From contig OZ024743.1 in NCBI GenBank assembly GCA_964016885.1, forward strand, positions 242,854,001 through 242,918,000: a stretch of 64,000 bases of DNA. Direction: 5' to 3'. Below are positions 39,590 to 53,831 of this stretch, piece after piece. The DNA comes from Eledone cirrhosa. Its lineage: Eukaryota. The stretch's first letter is position 1, and each line of letters begins with the position of its first letter. The notes below the pieces were generated by a model. It was not told where the DNA came from. It searched no databases and saw only the letters and a program-made list of their open reading frames with translations. Made by a program: the position numbers and the translations under genes.

Positions 39590-39785
39590 GATAAATCTAC
39601 CAAAAGTTTACGGTAGTGTCCAATCCGTATGAAGAACTCAATGTAATCCGGATATCATGAAAAGAAAAGATGCATTCAAAAATCACTTTCGGTGAAAGAT
39701 AAACGGAATACAGAGTCAAGATAAATTATTAAAAAAATAATGAATAAACAAAGAAACAGTTCCTTATATTAAACAAAAAAAGTTC

Positions 39786-39922
39786 ATTATTTTACGATCG
39801 TTTCTAGGACATATATGTGTTAGAATTGGTATGCATATTCAAAAGATCTATGTACAAAATTATACAAACTATCAAAGAGAATATACATACCTTCACATAT
39901 ATATGCTGTCTTCAGAAATAAT
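39786..39922 (-). ncRNA. Hammerhead ribozyme (predicted) with ~105-nt stem II, in a solo pLTR-like unit (~39590-39923)
   Basis: Minus: attattt-CTGAAGA-[..CATATATATGTG...CACATATATG..]-GAAA-C-gatc-G-TA-aaataat; perfect 7-bp stem I; (TA)n on both sides. Confidence 0.75.
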
Positions 39923-41839
39923 CTATATATATATATATATACACACATCTATATATATATATATATACACACACAAACACACTCAGATACACATTTTTAT
40001 ATATATATATATATATATACACACATCTATATATATATATATACACACACAAACACACTCAGATACACATTTTTTTTTTGACAATTTATTCTAAAATAAT
40101 TGTCTCATTTTACTTCAAAGAGCTGCTCATAGAATTGAGATTTCTTAGTATTATCTTAGTAAATTAATAGGAAGGACTGGGTGTTTTTTGTCATGTCACC
40201 AGTACAACCACCTTACAGAGTGGACTGAGTGCTTTTTGTCATATACAGAAACATATATATCAAAATAGCTGATGCATCACTTGTTTGGTAATTTGAGCTT
40301 ATTGCCATGTGCAGTCATTCAAGTGATGTAGAAATAAATATTGATCTTGGCATCACTGGAACACCCACTCGTTCTGGGGAAATTCTTCTCAGTAACAATG
40401 GTGGTGCTATTAAGTTAGACATGGCCTGGGCCAATACTGGCCAAAAGTTATCAAAGTTATCAAAGTTATATCAGTGATTTCCAAATAAATAAATGCTACT
40501 ACATGTATCTGGGTACTCTTTCTCTTGTTTGCACCTAAAACCTGGGCGTGTGTATGTGTGAGCACATGCGTGTACACACATATAGTGCTGGTGCCACGAT
40601 AAAAAGCATACAGCCCTCCATGTAAGGTAGTAGTGAGGGAGTTATGATAAAATGATCCCAATATTGCTGTAAAATGGTTGGTGTTAGGAAAGGCATCCAG
40701 CCATAGAAATCAAACTAAAAATAAATTGTAAGAGCTAGATGTGGGGGTGGGTGGTGCATTTCTGTAGGGTAGAGATTGGAGAGCTAGGATGGGGTGCTTA
40801 GCTGGTGAAGGTATGTTAGGATGTGGGAGGTATAAGGGGGAGAGGGAGAAGTGGTGCATACTAGAGACCATTAGTATGAACTGCCAGCTACGGCTGGTTT
40901 GAACAGAAAGAAGTGAGAGGATTCTAGTCGGATATGGCCGGTTTAAATGCTAAAGGGTTAAATACTCAAAAGATGTAACTGACAGCTTGTTACCTAAGTG
41001 GTTTAATTAGCTGTGGGGGTGATTGTTACAAAAACATAATAGTCAGATTAAGAATAGAGTGGAAAAAGTTGAAGGAGCTATTAACGCTACTAGTAACAAG
41101 AAATAGGAATGGGGGACCCTATCATTAAAACACCCTAAAAACCTCCTATGAAATAGAACCTCATATGAGGCCAGCTAAACCTGCATAGGTGAGCTGTAAG
41201 TTTGATTTTTTATTTTACTTGTAAAAAGGGATTCTCTCTCCAAGTAAAGTTCATATTGTATGATAGTTGTAATATTGTATGCATGTATGTATGTAGTCAT
41301 AACTCCTGGTGGAGTCATAGGGGTGTCACAGTGACATACGCTATTTCTTGGGTATCTTTTAAACCTGACAGAACCCATCTCCTCTCCATGTCTGAACAAA
41401 ACTGATTTCTTCTAGAGAAAGAAAGGGAGTAAGAGAGAGGAAGTGAAAAAGAAATATAGAGGAAGAATTGACCCCATTACAGGACTGGTACTTTTTATCA
41501 ACCTCAAAAGGTTGAAAGGCAAAGTTGACCATGGCAGGATTTGAACTCAGAGCAAAGAGTCAGAAAAAATGACGCAAAGCATTCAATCCAACATTCTAAT
41601 TACTCTACCAAGTCACTATCATACTTGTAATATTACAAAGCATGGGCATTAAAACAGAGCATGTGCAAAGACTGGAAAGAAATATACCGTTTTCTTTTCA
41701 GGCACTTTTAATTGACTTATGTAACTGTCACTCTAATACATCCTTGATATGGTTATAATAAGCTAACATGCCAAATCATTTTTTTTCCAAATTGAAGGTT
41801 CAGGCCGCTACAGCACTTTAAACACTACCCGTCATACAC

Positions 41840-42938
41840 GGCTTGTCACAGCTGACTGCTTCTACAATGCAGTCAGGATGTGAGGCCAACTTGGAGGCTC
41901 AATATGCAATAAAGTCTTGTGTCAAGCTCGGCAGAAATACTGCAAAACCTATGAAATGGTCCAAACTGCTTACAGACTAACTTTCATGAGATGGGCAGCT
42001 GTTTTCCACTGACACAAGAGGTTCTTGGAGGATAGGGAGCGGGTGAGGGATGACAAGAGGTGTGGAAGGGAGAGGGACATCAGGATGCCAAAGTTTGTCG
42101 ACAAAATCTGCAAACTTCTGGACAAGGACTGTCATGCATCTCTTCTGATGATTGCTAAACAATTTGAAGTGGCTGGGAGCACTGAGCAGAGTCATTCATG
42201 ATGATCTGAACATGTGCAAAGTTTGTTCCTCGGGTGCTCAATGAAGATCAAAGGCAGAGGCGCGATGATGACAGCAGAGAGATGGTCAAGTGAATTGCTT
42301 CAAATCCAAGTGTCCTTGAGTCTCTAGTAACCTGTGACGAGACCAAGAGACAGAATGCTCAGTTGAAACATTCTGACTCCACAAGACCCAAGAAGACCAG
42401 ACAAAGCAGATCCACTGGGAAGATCATGATGATCCGATTCTTCAACAGCAAGGACATCATCTACATCCACTTGATCCTCCACAACCAAACAGTCAACAAA
42501 GAGTACTATGTACAGGTTTTGCTGCAGTTCCGAAAGAGATTTTGTTGCAAGGGACTTGAACTCTTCAAGTCTGGTCAGTGAGACCTGCACCAGGACAATG
42601 CCCCAGATCCATCCTGGTGACCAACTACTTGGCCAATATGGGATCAAGACTGTCCCTCATCCGCCCTTCAGTCCAACTTCTGAATGTTTCTGAAGCTGAA
42701 GGAGAAGCTCAGGAGCATCCACTTTGAGGATGTGGAGGAGATGAAGGAGGTTGTGACAAGCACCCTGAACACCTTCATTTTGGAGGACTACAAGGGGTCA
42801 TACAAAAGTGGCTGGAGCACTACAACAAGTACATTTAAGGTGGGGGGTCCTAATTTGTCGAAGACGGGTTTTGTGTTGATCTGAGTTAAAAATAAGTCTC
42901 TCTGATAAAAGTCTCAAAACCTCTTGAGTGTACCTTGT
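41840..42938 (+). mobile_element. Degenerate mariner transposase pseudogene
   Basis: QYAIKSCVKLG, LVTCDET, GKIMMIRFFNSKDII..QTVNKEYY..VL, LHQDNAP, PHPPFSP, LKEKLRSIHF; TIR-like end ...GAGTGTACCTTG. Confidence 0.85.
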
Positions 42939-43805
42939 GTGTGTATATATATATACACACACACATGCATACATATTTACACACATACACATATGGTGAT
43001 ATATATATATACATCTACACACATGTGAATACATGGCGTCAAAGTACACACACACACACACACATACATGCACACACACACACACACACATGCATATCAG
43101 ATTAATTAAAACATGAATCTGTATTATTCAGTGAATGTAGCAAACAGCTTTAATTTAACCTCACTAGATGTACTTTTGATTTAATGTGTGTACTATTGAT
43201 CTTGTATAAGTAGACTTATTAATTTGGCCTTAATAAGTAAGCTGGAAAAATATTTGCATGTTAATAAGAATTCCACCAATCATCATCCACTACCACCACC
43301 ACCACCACCTCCTCATTCTCTCAAGTACCACAACAATTACTATCATTACAACAAACCAACACTGTTCCCAGTACCACTACCACATACATTTTCCATTATT
43401 TCAAACTCTCCACCAACCATCCCATCAACCCCATTGCCACTACTGACACTATTACCCACTACTGACACTATTACCCACCCCAACACTACCACCACTCCAT
43501 CCTTCTTTTAGCTAATATTCAATTTACAGTTAAACCTCTGTGGGTTACACACACACACACACACACAGTGGCATATATTAGTTTTCCACCTTTTAAGCTT
43601 AACTGTTCAAATATTTAATAAGTCTCAAATCTCAACCTCTTTTATTAATGATATAATAGTTCAGGTTATTTCTTCAAGAAATATTGCTTTTGTTAAGTTG
43701 TAGACATCTAACTCTGTATAGGTTTCAATCTGTGCAATAGGCAACAGATCAATGGTTTATATCTTGCCAATGGTTTATATCTTGTCATCAACACTTCACT
43801 AACTT

Positions 43806-45491
43806 TGTTAACCTTTCATTACCATATTTCTAATGGAAGACAGTCTATGTCTTTAACCCTTTCCTTACCATATTTCTAATGAAAGATACTGCCTATGTCA
43901 TTAACTCTTTCATTACCATATTTCTAATGAAAGACACAGTCTATGTCTTTAACCCTTTCCTTACCATATTTCTAATGAAAGACAGCCTATGTCCTTAATC
44001 ATTTCATTACAACATTTCTAATGAAAGACCCTACCTATGCCTTTAACCCTTTCATTTCCATATTTCTAATGAAAGACCCTGTCTATGTCTTTAACCCTTT
44101 CATTACCATATTTCTAATGAAAGACATTGTCTATGTCATTAACTCTTTCATTACCATATTTCTAATGGAAGACAGTCTATGTCATTAACTCTTTCATTAC
44201 CATATTTCTAATGGAAGACAGTCTATGTCATTAACTCTTTCATTACCATATTTCTAATGAAAGACATTGTCTATGTCATTAACCCTTTCATTACCATATT
44301 TCTAATGAAAGACACTGTCTATGTCATTAACTCTTTCATTACCATATTTCTAATGAAAGACACTGCCTATGTCATTAACTCTTTCATTACCATATTTCTA
44401 ATGAAAGACACTGTCTATGTCATTAACTCTTTCATTACAATATTTCTAATAAAAGACACTGTCTATGTCATTAACTCTTTCATAACCATATTTCTAATGA
44501 AAGACATTGTCTATGTCATTAACTCTTTCATTACCATATTTCTAATGAAAGACACTGTCTATGTCATTAACTCTTTCATTACCATATTTCTAATGAAAGA
44601 CACTGTCTATGTCATTAACTCTTTCATTACCATATTTCTAATGAAAGACACTGTCTATGTCATTAACTCTTTCATTACCATATTTCTAATGAAAGACATT
44701 GTCTATGTCATTAACTCTTTCATTACCATATTTCTAATGAAAGACACTGTCTATGTCATTAACTCTTTCATTACTATATTTCTAATGAAAGACACTGCCT
44801 ATGTCATTAACCCTTTCATTACCATATTTCTAATGAAAGACACTGTCTATGTCATTAACTCTTTCATTACCATATTTCTAATGAAAGACATTGTCTATGT
44901 CATTAACTCTTTCATTACCATATTTCTAATGAAAGACACTGTCTATGTCTTTAACCCTTTCATTACCATATTTCTAATGAACGACATTGTCTATGTCATT
45001 AACTCTTTCATTACCATATTTCTAATGAAAGACACTGTCTATGTCATTAACTCTTTCATTACCATATTTCTAATGATAGACATTGTCTATGTCATTAACT
45101 CTTTCATTACCATATTTCTAATGAAAGACATTGTCTATGTCATTAACTCTTTCATTACCATATTTCTAATGAAAGACATTGTCTATGTCATTAACTCTTT
45201 CATTACCATATTTCTAATGAAAGACAGTCTATGTCATTAACCCTTTCATTACCATATTTCTAATGAAACACACTACCTATGCCTTTAACCCTTTCATTAT
45301 CATATTTCTAATGAAAGACCCTGTCTATGTCCTTAACCATTTCATTACATTTCTAATAAAATACACTACCTATGTCTTTAACTCTTTCATTACCATATTT
45401 CTCATGATATACACTTTCTATGTCTTTAACCCTTTCATTACCATATTTCTAATGAAAGACACTGCCTATGTCTTTAACCCTTTCATTGCCA
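43806..45491. repeat. 48-bp AT-rich satellite, left block (~35 copies)
   Basis: Unit TTAACTCTTTCATTACCATATTTCTAATGAAAGACACTGTCTATGTCA. Confidence 0.95.
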
Positions 45492-46269
45492 TCTAAACTA
45501 TAATAAAGGAAGGTCTGCTGGCTTGCATACGGTTCTTTTCTTCTCCTGTTTGTAAAATAAGTTGGATTACTTTGAATAAATAATGAATGAATATTACATA
45601 ATTTATCTACTTAATTTCGTAAACAAAAATAATTTTGTAAAAGTAAATAATTTTAAATTGACTTCTTTTCTAAGTTGCACTTCTGGTATATCGTCGCCAC
45701 CACCACCACTTCAACTACCATATATATATATAGAAAGAGAGAGTGTGTGATGAGAGAGATTATAACTTTCTACACGCTGACGCGTATGACTGTGTTCATA
45801 CATACATCTATATGTATGAGTATATAACTATTCTGAGTATATAACTATAATGGCGCAAACACAAACTTATAAAAATACACACTCACGGACATAGTTCACA
45901 CAAATACACATACATTCACACAAACATACATACATTCACACATATACATTTACACAAACACACACATACAGTCATGATAGCATTCAGTTGAATTGGAGAT
46001 GGGAGGGTAAAACAAATATAACGTTTTATTTATTTATTAACTCTTTTTTTTTAAACTCATTTAATATAATGGTTACAGAACGAAAACACTAACAAAGATA
46101 ATATATACAAAGGAAAGGGAAAGAAAAAAAGAAAGAGAAAAAATACACAAGCAGGTAATACACACATCTTAGACCCCATAGAACAAAATGCAGATGAAAG
46201 GGGTGGAAAAACGAGCCACTACCAGAGCAAAAGATAGCAATATAGCGAGGAGCACTGGGAAACCTCTCT

Positions 46270-46715
46270 AATAATTTTTTAGGCAGGCCAACACGCTCGC
46301 AGCGTTACCTGGGGTGATGGTGAGGCTGAGGTGCTGGAACAACCAAGTGCCCTCACGAGCATCACCAGTTACCTCTGTTTGGCGAGCCGCCAGTGAAGGT
46401 AAGAACCTCGCTGTCAGTAGCCCAACTCCCCAAACGTCTCGAACGCCACAGGCTGGATAATGTAGTTAGCTGACAGTACACGGTATTTTAGGATTTTGTT
46501 CCATTCAGCTGTGGATGCTGTAGCTCTCGCCCTTACCGCTGCATCCAGAATGTGGGAAGAAGAAAAAGAGTCACTAACTGTGACGTCCCCGTTAAGGCAC
46601 CTGCCTCTTGACCAGGAGCACAGAGTAAGACCGTCAAGTCTTTTCCCATCAATTCAAGACAACCCAGGCAGTTCCAAAATTGAGGGGATGTTTGCCCGGA
46701 CCAAAGCTCTTCAGT
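46270..46715 (-). mobile_element. CRE-clade non-LTR endonuclease 3' fragment
   Basis: Minus: ALVRANIPSILE.PGL..DGKRLDGLT..W.RG..L..DVT..KY..L..PVAFETFG..GD.REGTWLFQHLS..GNAASVL. Confidence 0.75.
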
Positions 46716-46884
46716 GGTAATAGGACAGTGTTTGTATGTGCGTGTGCGTGTGTTTGTGGGCGTTCTTAAATTAGAGACACGTGTGTGTGTGTGTCACTGT
46801 TTTTAAGTTAGACATATATATGTGTGTATCCCTTTCCTTCCTTTTACACACACATACATTCACACAAACACACATATACATTGT

Positions 46885-47562
46885 GTGATGGACGGGTGGA
46901 CAGAAGTCCCTCAAATTTATATACATGTGAATGGAGTTCTACTGAAGCAGTTAGAGAAGTTCAAGTATCTTGGAGCCGTGTTCATGAGTGATGGAATGCA
47001 GGAGGCTGAATTAAGTGCAAGAATTACAAAAGCTGATGCAGTAAAGCGCCAGCCTCAGCAATCAGATGAAAGGGGATAGGTGTAAAAGCCAAACTCGCTG
47101 TCTTCCTGGTAATCCTGCCAACTCTTACTGAGGATCATGAATCTTGAGTAATGACCAAAAGAATACAATTGCAAATAAAAGTGGCAGAAATGGGATTCCT
47201 CCAAAGGGTCTTTGGAGTAACGTTACTCGATAAAGTGCATAACTCAGAGACCAGAGAGTCACTCATGGTAGAGCTGCTACTTCTCCGGATTGAGAGATCA
47301 CAACTCCGTTATTATGAGCATGTGGTTAGAATGTCTCAGTAAAGAATCGCTGGACACATTTTACAGGCAAAACCAACCGTCAAGAGACCCAGAGGTAGAC
47401 CCTGAGCAAGATAGTTGGATAACATCCATGAGCTTGGCTGGTCACGCTTTGGGATCCAGCTGGATCAGTTTGAGATGTTTACTACTGACAGACTCGCTGG
47501 AAGGAGTGTTTGAGAAGGACTCTGTCCCCAAGATCCTTTCTGAAATAAGTGGGTGAAGAAGA
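46885..47562 (+). mobile_element. RTE LINE 3' fragment
   Basis: LEKFKYLG..ARI; AEMGFLQRVFGVTLLDKVHN..IERSQLRYYEHV.RM; related piece at 48530-48825. Confidence 0.8.
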
Positions 47563-47681
47563 TATTGTCAATTTACTTTTCAATTTACATATATCTATAT
47601 GCATATATATTTGTGTATAATACCAATATGCACACTACATATGTTAGCAGAAAACCGCCCGAAGGGCGGTTTTTCTGCTAG

Positions 47682-48385
47682 TATTTCTATTGAAAGACAC
47701 TACCTATGTCTTTAACCCTTTCACTACCATATTTCTAATGATATACATTCTCTATGTCTTTAACCCTTTCATTACCATATTTCTAATGATATACACTGTC
47801 TATGTCTTTAACTATTTCATTACATTTCTAATGAAAGACATTACCTATGCCTTTAACCCTTTTCATTACCATATTTCTAATGAAAGACCCTGCCTATGTC
47901 TTTAACCCTTTCATTACCATATTTCTAATGAAACACACTGCCTATGCCTTTAATCCTTTTATTACCATATTTCTAATGATATATACTGTCTATGTCTTTA
48001 ACTATTTCATTACATTTCTAATGAAAGACATTACCTATGCCTTTAATCCTTTCATTACCATATTTCTAATGATATACATTACCTATGCCTTTAACCCTTT
48101 CATTACCATATTTCTAATGATATACACTACCTATGCCTTTAACCCTTTCATTACCATATTTCTAATGATATACACTACTTATGTTATTAACCCTTTCACT
48201 ACAATATTTCTAATGATATACACTGCCAATGCTCTTAACTCTTTCACTACAATATTTCTAATGATATATACTGCCTATTTAATAAAGGGATTAAATCCCT
48301 TTATTACCATATTTCTAATAATATACATTGCCTATGTCCTTAATCCTTTTGTTACAATATTTCTAAGGAAAGACACTGCCTATGG
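47682..48385. repeat. 48-bp satellite, right block (more diverged), running into a MITE body at ~48385-48520
   Basis: Same unit as the left block. Confidence 0.9.
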
Positions 48386-49184
48386 TTTTAAAATCATTTT
48401 CAAAATAATCCAGAATTTGGAGGGATTTACTTAAATAACTAAATTTTTCTTTATTAAGCTGGAGCATAACTTAACAAATGTTCTTACATGGAAGGCTTTT
48501 AGATAAATATAAACACTTTACAATAAAGGAAGCCTGTGCCATGCACCCTACATGTGAATGAAGGTCCACTGAAGCAGGTGAAGTTCAAGTATCTTGGGGC
48601 CGTGTTCAAGAGTAATAGAAAGCAGGAGGCTGAATCAAGTGCAAGAATTGCAGGAGCTGGTACAGTAATGTGCCAGCTCCAGCATTTGGTAATCAGAAGA
48701 AGAGAGATAGGTGAAAAAGCCAAACTAGCTATTTTCAATTCGGTATTCATGCCAACCCTTACCTATGGTGATGAATCTTGGGTAAAGCCAGAAAGAATAT
48801 GATCGCGAATACAAGCTGCTGAAAAGCAACGTTTACCATGGCAAGATTTCAACTGTAAAAGTCAGATAAATACCACAATTGTATTTTATATAATGCACTA
48901 CCAATTATGCCAATACACCGCCATTATATTGACTCTGCTACTGTCAACTTTACATAAATTACACAAAGACAACATTTTCAAATGATGTCACCATATTACT
49001 GAGTTTAAATCATCCTATGAACACAGCTTAGTGAAGATGAGTCTCACAAGGCTGGCTAGCTTTCAGAAGTTATTAGATATTTGTTATGTAGTGTGATTGT
49101 TTCACTTAAACTAGTGTGATTGCATGTGTGTGAGAGAGAACGGAGGAGGAGAGTGATCATCATTGTTACCAGCTATATCAAGAG

Positions 49185-49402
49185 ATATTGGCAGTATCAG
49201 TAGACCATCGGGCACCATGCTTTGCAACATAGAGTTATGGTTTTTTACAGTCTGAGTTCATATCTCCAAGGTTAACTTTGCCTTTCATCTTTACGAGGTT
49301 GATAAAACAAAGCACCAGTAATGCACTGGGGTTGATTTAATCGACTCCCCCACTCCCCCAAATTGCTGGCCTTATTCCTATAGTAGAAATCATTTTTATT
49401 AT
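49185..49402 (+). mobile_element. SINE family A (diverged)
   Basis: Head, core and tail; a partial copy also lies at 50215-50330. Confidence 0.8.
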
Positions 49403-50672
49403 TACTGTTTAGCTCCAGCCTAGATCTGATCAATTAGAGCTATAACCAAAAATTATTCTAGCCATGACTATCCCATTTTATTTTCAAGAATAATGTATTC
49501 TATGTAGTCTTTGAACGATTTTAATACTTGGAGGGGACAGTCTAGTGACCACATAGAGTAGGGGTGTGGAACCATTTTAATACAAGGAGGAGACCTATGA
49601 TCCTACACTCTACCATGTGCATTTTATCATGGCACCAACACAAGGGAAGTTGTTCTGTCTTTGGCATAGCTGATGTGTCTTCCAAACCCTTTGGTTCATG
49701 GGTTTTCTATTGTTGGATGCCCTTCCTATCATTCATCTCTTTACAGAGTGTACTGGGTGATCGTTTATCATGTGGATCACCAACATTAGGGAGTTAGTCA
49801 TGTCTATAACTATGCATTTAAACCTTTTCATACCAACCCAACCAAAACCAGCTCTGGTTCTATGAAACAAAACCACCCATTTTATAGAGTTCCTATTTAA
49901 ATTAAATGTTCTAACATAATTTTATATAGGAGCTAAGAGCATTAAGGAATATAACTGAATACCACAAGAGATTTTGTCTGACACTCTACCAACTATGCAA
50001 GCCAATGCAGTATTAAGTAAAAGAAAATGCTCCTTGAGTTTCAGTAAATAAAAGTAACAAAAGAAAAATCTAACCTTTTCAAATATATTAAATACCAATC
50101 CAGTTCTCTCATGGTAAGTAGACATTGTTACTGTAGTACTGTTCCTAAGTTACATCTTCTAATTTTGACTAAACCTTCATCCAGGAAACTATAAGTTTCC
50201 TCTCTTGAGCTTGTCAAATCCTGCCGAGGTTAACTTTGCCTTTCATCCTTTCGGGGTCGATAAAATAAAGTACCAGTAATGTACTGGGTAATTGCTGGCC
50301 TTGTGCCAAAAGTAGAACCAGTTATTATTATATCAGTCTTTAATGGTGCTTAGAAAATACTAATGCAGTTATATTTCCTGTTTGTTTGTCTGTTTGTTTT
50401 TATCCAGTATTGTTTCCAGGGGAATAAGGCGGGGATTTGGTAGAGTTAAAAGAGCTTCAACTGAAGTGTTTTGCGTATTCGTTCTGGCTTTTTGCATTTT
50501 GAGTTCGAATCCCATAGAGGCCGGAAAGTTTCTCAAGTATTTTAATGATAAGGATCCAGTCCCATCATGAAAAGCAACGTGAAATGATGTTTCTTGCTCA
50601 AGAACACCATATGCCACCCGGTCCAGGAATCAAAATACACAACCTTACGATTGTGAACCTAACAGAGTAACC

Positions 50673-51227
50673 CAGTGATTCCCAAACTGTTTTTAATTCA
50701 CTTTAGAGTAAGTAAAAATATTTTGGTGCAAGCCAGCATTCTCTCACCTCTTGTTCAAACTGGCCATAACTAGCCACTCATACTGATGTTAAGGTATTGT
50801 TCTCAAAATAAATAACATCAAAATCTCATAGATTCAATATTATGCGAGTGAAAATACAATAGTAAATATAGAGTAAGGTAAATGCTAAAGGGTTAACATA
50901 GCATAAAGTAGAAATATATATAATTAATTATATAGTAAATACATTTGTGCTTCCTTCTTTAGTCAATAAATGGAGCAAAATTATACATGAGAAACATGAA
51001 GCTGGTATTTTTTTTTTTTTTTTTTTGAAATGTTTTCATTTTTAGTTTAGCTTACTACTTTGATAGTAAGTTAGCTTACTACTTTGATATATGAACTTCA
51101 TTACAAATTCCAATTTGTATTCTTCACATTTTGAAATAGAATCTTGCTTTTTTGTGATGCACCTAATTATATCATGCAGTGCATCAGTGCAGCAATGCAT
51201 TGAGGTGCACAAATTGAGAACCACAGC
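50673..51227. mobile_element. Possible old hAT/Charlie-type MITE with a nested piggyBac MITE piece
   Basis: CAGTGATTCCCAAAC ... AATTGAGAACCACAG termini. Confidence 0.4.
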
Positions 51228-51709
51228 CCTGACCACTAGGCTATATACTTTCAGGTTTGATGGTGAGAAAAAAATAAGATTGGTGTGATGTTGCTGTCTA
51301 TATGAAAGAACACTGGAGTCAGGAGGGAAACAAAATATATATAAGTTGGAATCAACAACAGACCATGTAGCCATCAGCTTGCCAAACAGCTTACCTTTCA
51401 CTCTACTACACTGGCACCAAATATATGGTTACTTTTATTTGCTATGATCTTAATTAGAAGATAATTGTTTGATTAGATTATTTTTCTTTTCTACTCAGTT
51501 TGTTTAGTACTATTTTATTTCATTTCCATATTCATATTTTTTATTCTTTATTTTAACAAACTGTTCACATATTTGCCTTCCAAAAGATGTTTTTCAGTCG
51601 TAAAAATAGTTTTTACTACTTCTACTTTTTCTAATTGGATTTTCAAATTAATTTGATTTTGCTCTCATTCTCTTTTATATGTGCGTGTGTATATAAATAA
51701 ATATGTGTG

Positions 51710-51797
<88 letters not shown>

Positions 51798-52064
51798 TAT
51801 ATATATATATGTGTGTGTGTGTGTATATATATAGCTATTTTCATCATCATGATATATATATATATATACATCTGTGCATGTATAGATATATGTCCAACCC
51901 CTGCCAGCATTTAAAGCAGACGTAAAATGATGTTCATCAGGGTAATGTGTATGTATACATATGATTATGTACAGGTGTATTTAGAAACTTGGATTACAAA
52001 TATGAACAAAAAGATTTTTCAGTTAATAAAATTAATAAAACACTAGTTCTGTTCTGCAGTGGCA

Positions 52065-52251
52065 ATAATTGTTTCTACTTTTTGGCACAAGGCCAGCAAT
52101 TACCCAGTGCATTACTGGTACTTTATTTTATCGACTCCGTAAGGATGAAAGGCAAAGTTAACCTCGGCGGGATTTGAACTCAGAATGGCAAAGACCGTAA
52201 CTCTATGCGTCAAAGCATGGCGTCCGACCCTCTACCGATACTGCCAATCCA
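52065..52251 (-). mobile_element. SINE family A
   Basis: Full head, core and tail. Confidence 0.88.
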
Positions 52252-53121
52252 TCGATAAAACTGAGGATGTCTGTGTGTGTGAGTTTGAATCCCTAAAACT
52301 AGAGAAGCACCCAACCGACTGTTTTCAAACTTTACACATGTAATACTTATGCTTCAGGGAGTGTTCTGAGCAAAAGAAATTTCAAATGTTCAATGCCCTA
52401 GGGACCACATTGGGCGATTTAGCGATCTCTCTCTATAATTCTTAGTCTTTTTCTTTTTATATAGATACATACATATAACGTCGCGCCCTTATAATATCTG
52501 TCTGTATGTCTGGCTGTCTGCATTACGTTACTTCCCTGAGGATGTCTGTCTGTGTGTGTGTCTGTGAGTTTGAATCCCTAAAACTCGAGAAGTACCCAAC
52601 CGATGTTTTTCAAACTTTACATGTGTATTACTTATGTTTCAGGGAGTGTTATGCACAATTCAACTTTTTGATCTCTTAGGTGAAAAACTGCGTTTTTTAA
52701 GCTTTTTAGGGGTCTTTTGAGGCGTTACGTCAGACCGATTTCCTTGAAATTGTAACTATGTATTAGTCAGTCTCTTCTTCATACCGTGAGCAAAGAAAAT
52801 CCAACCTTTTTATGACCTAGGGCTCGCATTAGGTGAAAAACTTCATTTTTTTCAGCTTTTTAGGGCTTTTTGGAGGTGTTACGTCTAGCCGATTTTCCCG
52901 AAATTTCAAGGCATATTATGCACATTAAAAAAAATTCATTTTCTTGATCCCCTGAGCTCGCATTAGGTGAAAACCTGCATTCTTCCTGCTTCAGCGAGGA
53001 AAATCTTAAAGATTATCCAGCCATCAGAGTATTCAGGCATGCAGTTTTTCCACGATTAGGTCTGTTGGCGGCTCACCTTCCAAAATACCTTATCCCGTGC
53101 AACGCCGGGTACCACTGCTAG
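52252..53121 (+). mobile_element. Non-autonomous Helitron-like element with internal duplication
   Basis: 5' TC..ATAAAACTGAGGATGTCTG, duplicated at 52536-52650; 3' CCCGTGCAACGCCGGGTACCACTGCTAG|T. Confidence 0.75.
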
Positions 53122-53831
53122 TACATATATATATATATTATATATATCATCATTATTATTATTGTTTTAACATCTGCTTTCCCTACTAACAAGGGCTAGA
53201 AGGGTTTACATAGACCATGTCAGTTCTGAAGCAGTGCTACTGATTTCCTAGACAGGCCAGAGATCTGCATCTCACTTATGTGTGGTCACACATTCTACTG
53301 AGTGCACAGGAGAGATTGTCATGTTTTTGACACAACTGAAGGGTCCTACTATCCCTTTGTTTGGCAGGTTTTCTACGGCTGAATGCCCTTCTTACCACCA
53401 ACCACTTTACAGTGTGTAATGGGTGCATTTTTGTGTAGATCACCAACACTAGGGAGGCTGTCATATCCTTGACATGACTAAAGGGTCCTCTTATATAGAA
53501 TATATATATATTTATAACACTTATAGAAAATTTATATATATAAAGAATTACATAAAAATTATAAGAAAACCACACCAGATTTACTTTAAAAGATCATAAG
53601 GAAGATTTTGATACTAATCCTACAGTTAGATTAATATGCCCATCTAAGTCTGACAGTGGTATAATTAGTAAAAGGATCCCCAAATTATCCCCAAAATCAA
53701 ACAAAAAATACATTTCAACCTTTGGGGTAATACTAGGGAAGTGATTGGGCGGTTCACTAATATAGGTGATAGTAAGTCTAAGAAGTTTATTCAATTCGAC
53801 ATTAACTCTTACTACACATCTATCTCTCCTA

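Larger units (their letters stand above)
45492..47681 (+). mobile_element. Non-autonomous Helitron-like element interrupting the satellite, containing CRE and RTE fragments
   Basis: 5' TC, 3' hairpin 47645-47680 and CTAG; A|T insertion with no TSD: ATTGCCA|TATTTCTA restores a satellite unit. Confidence 0.85.

Noticed and set aside
44257-45240. 327-aa ORF (MKDTVYVINSFITIFL repeats)
   Set aside because: By-product of a 48-bp satellite; neighbouring units carry frameshifts and the array is interrupted by a Helitron
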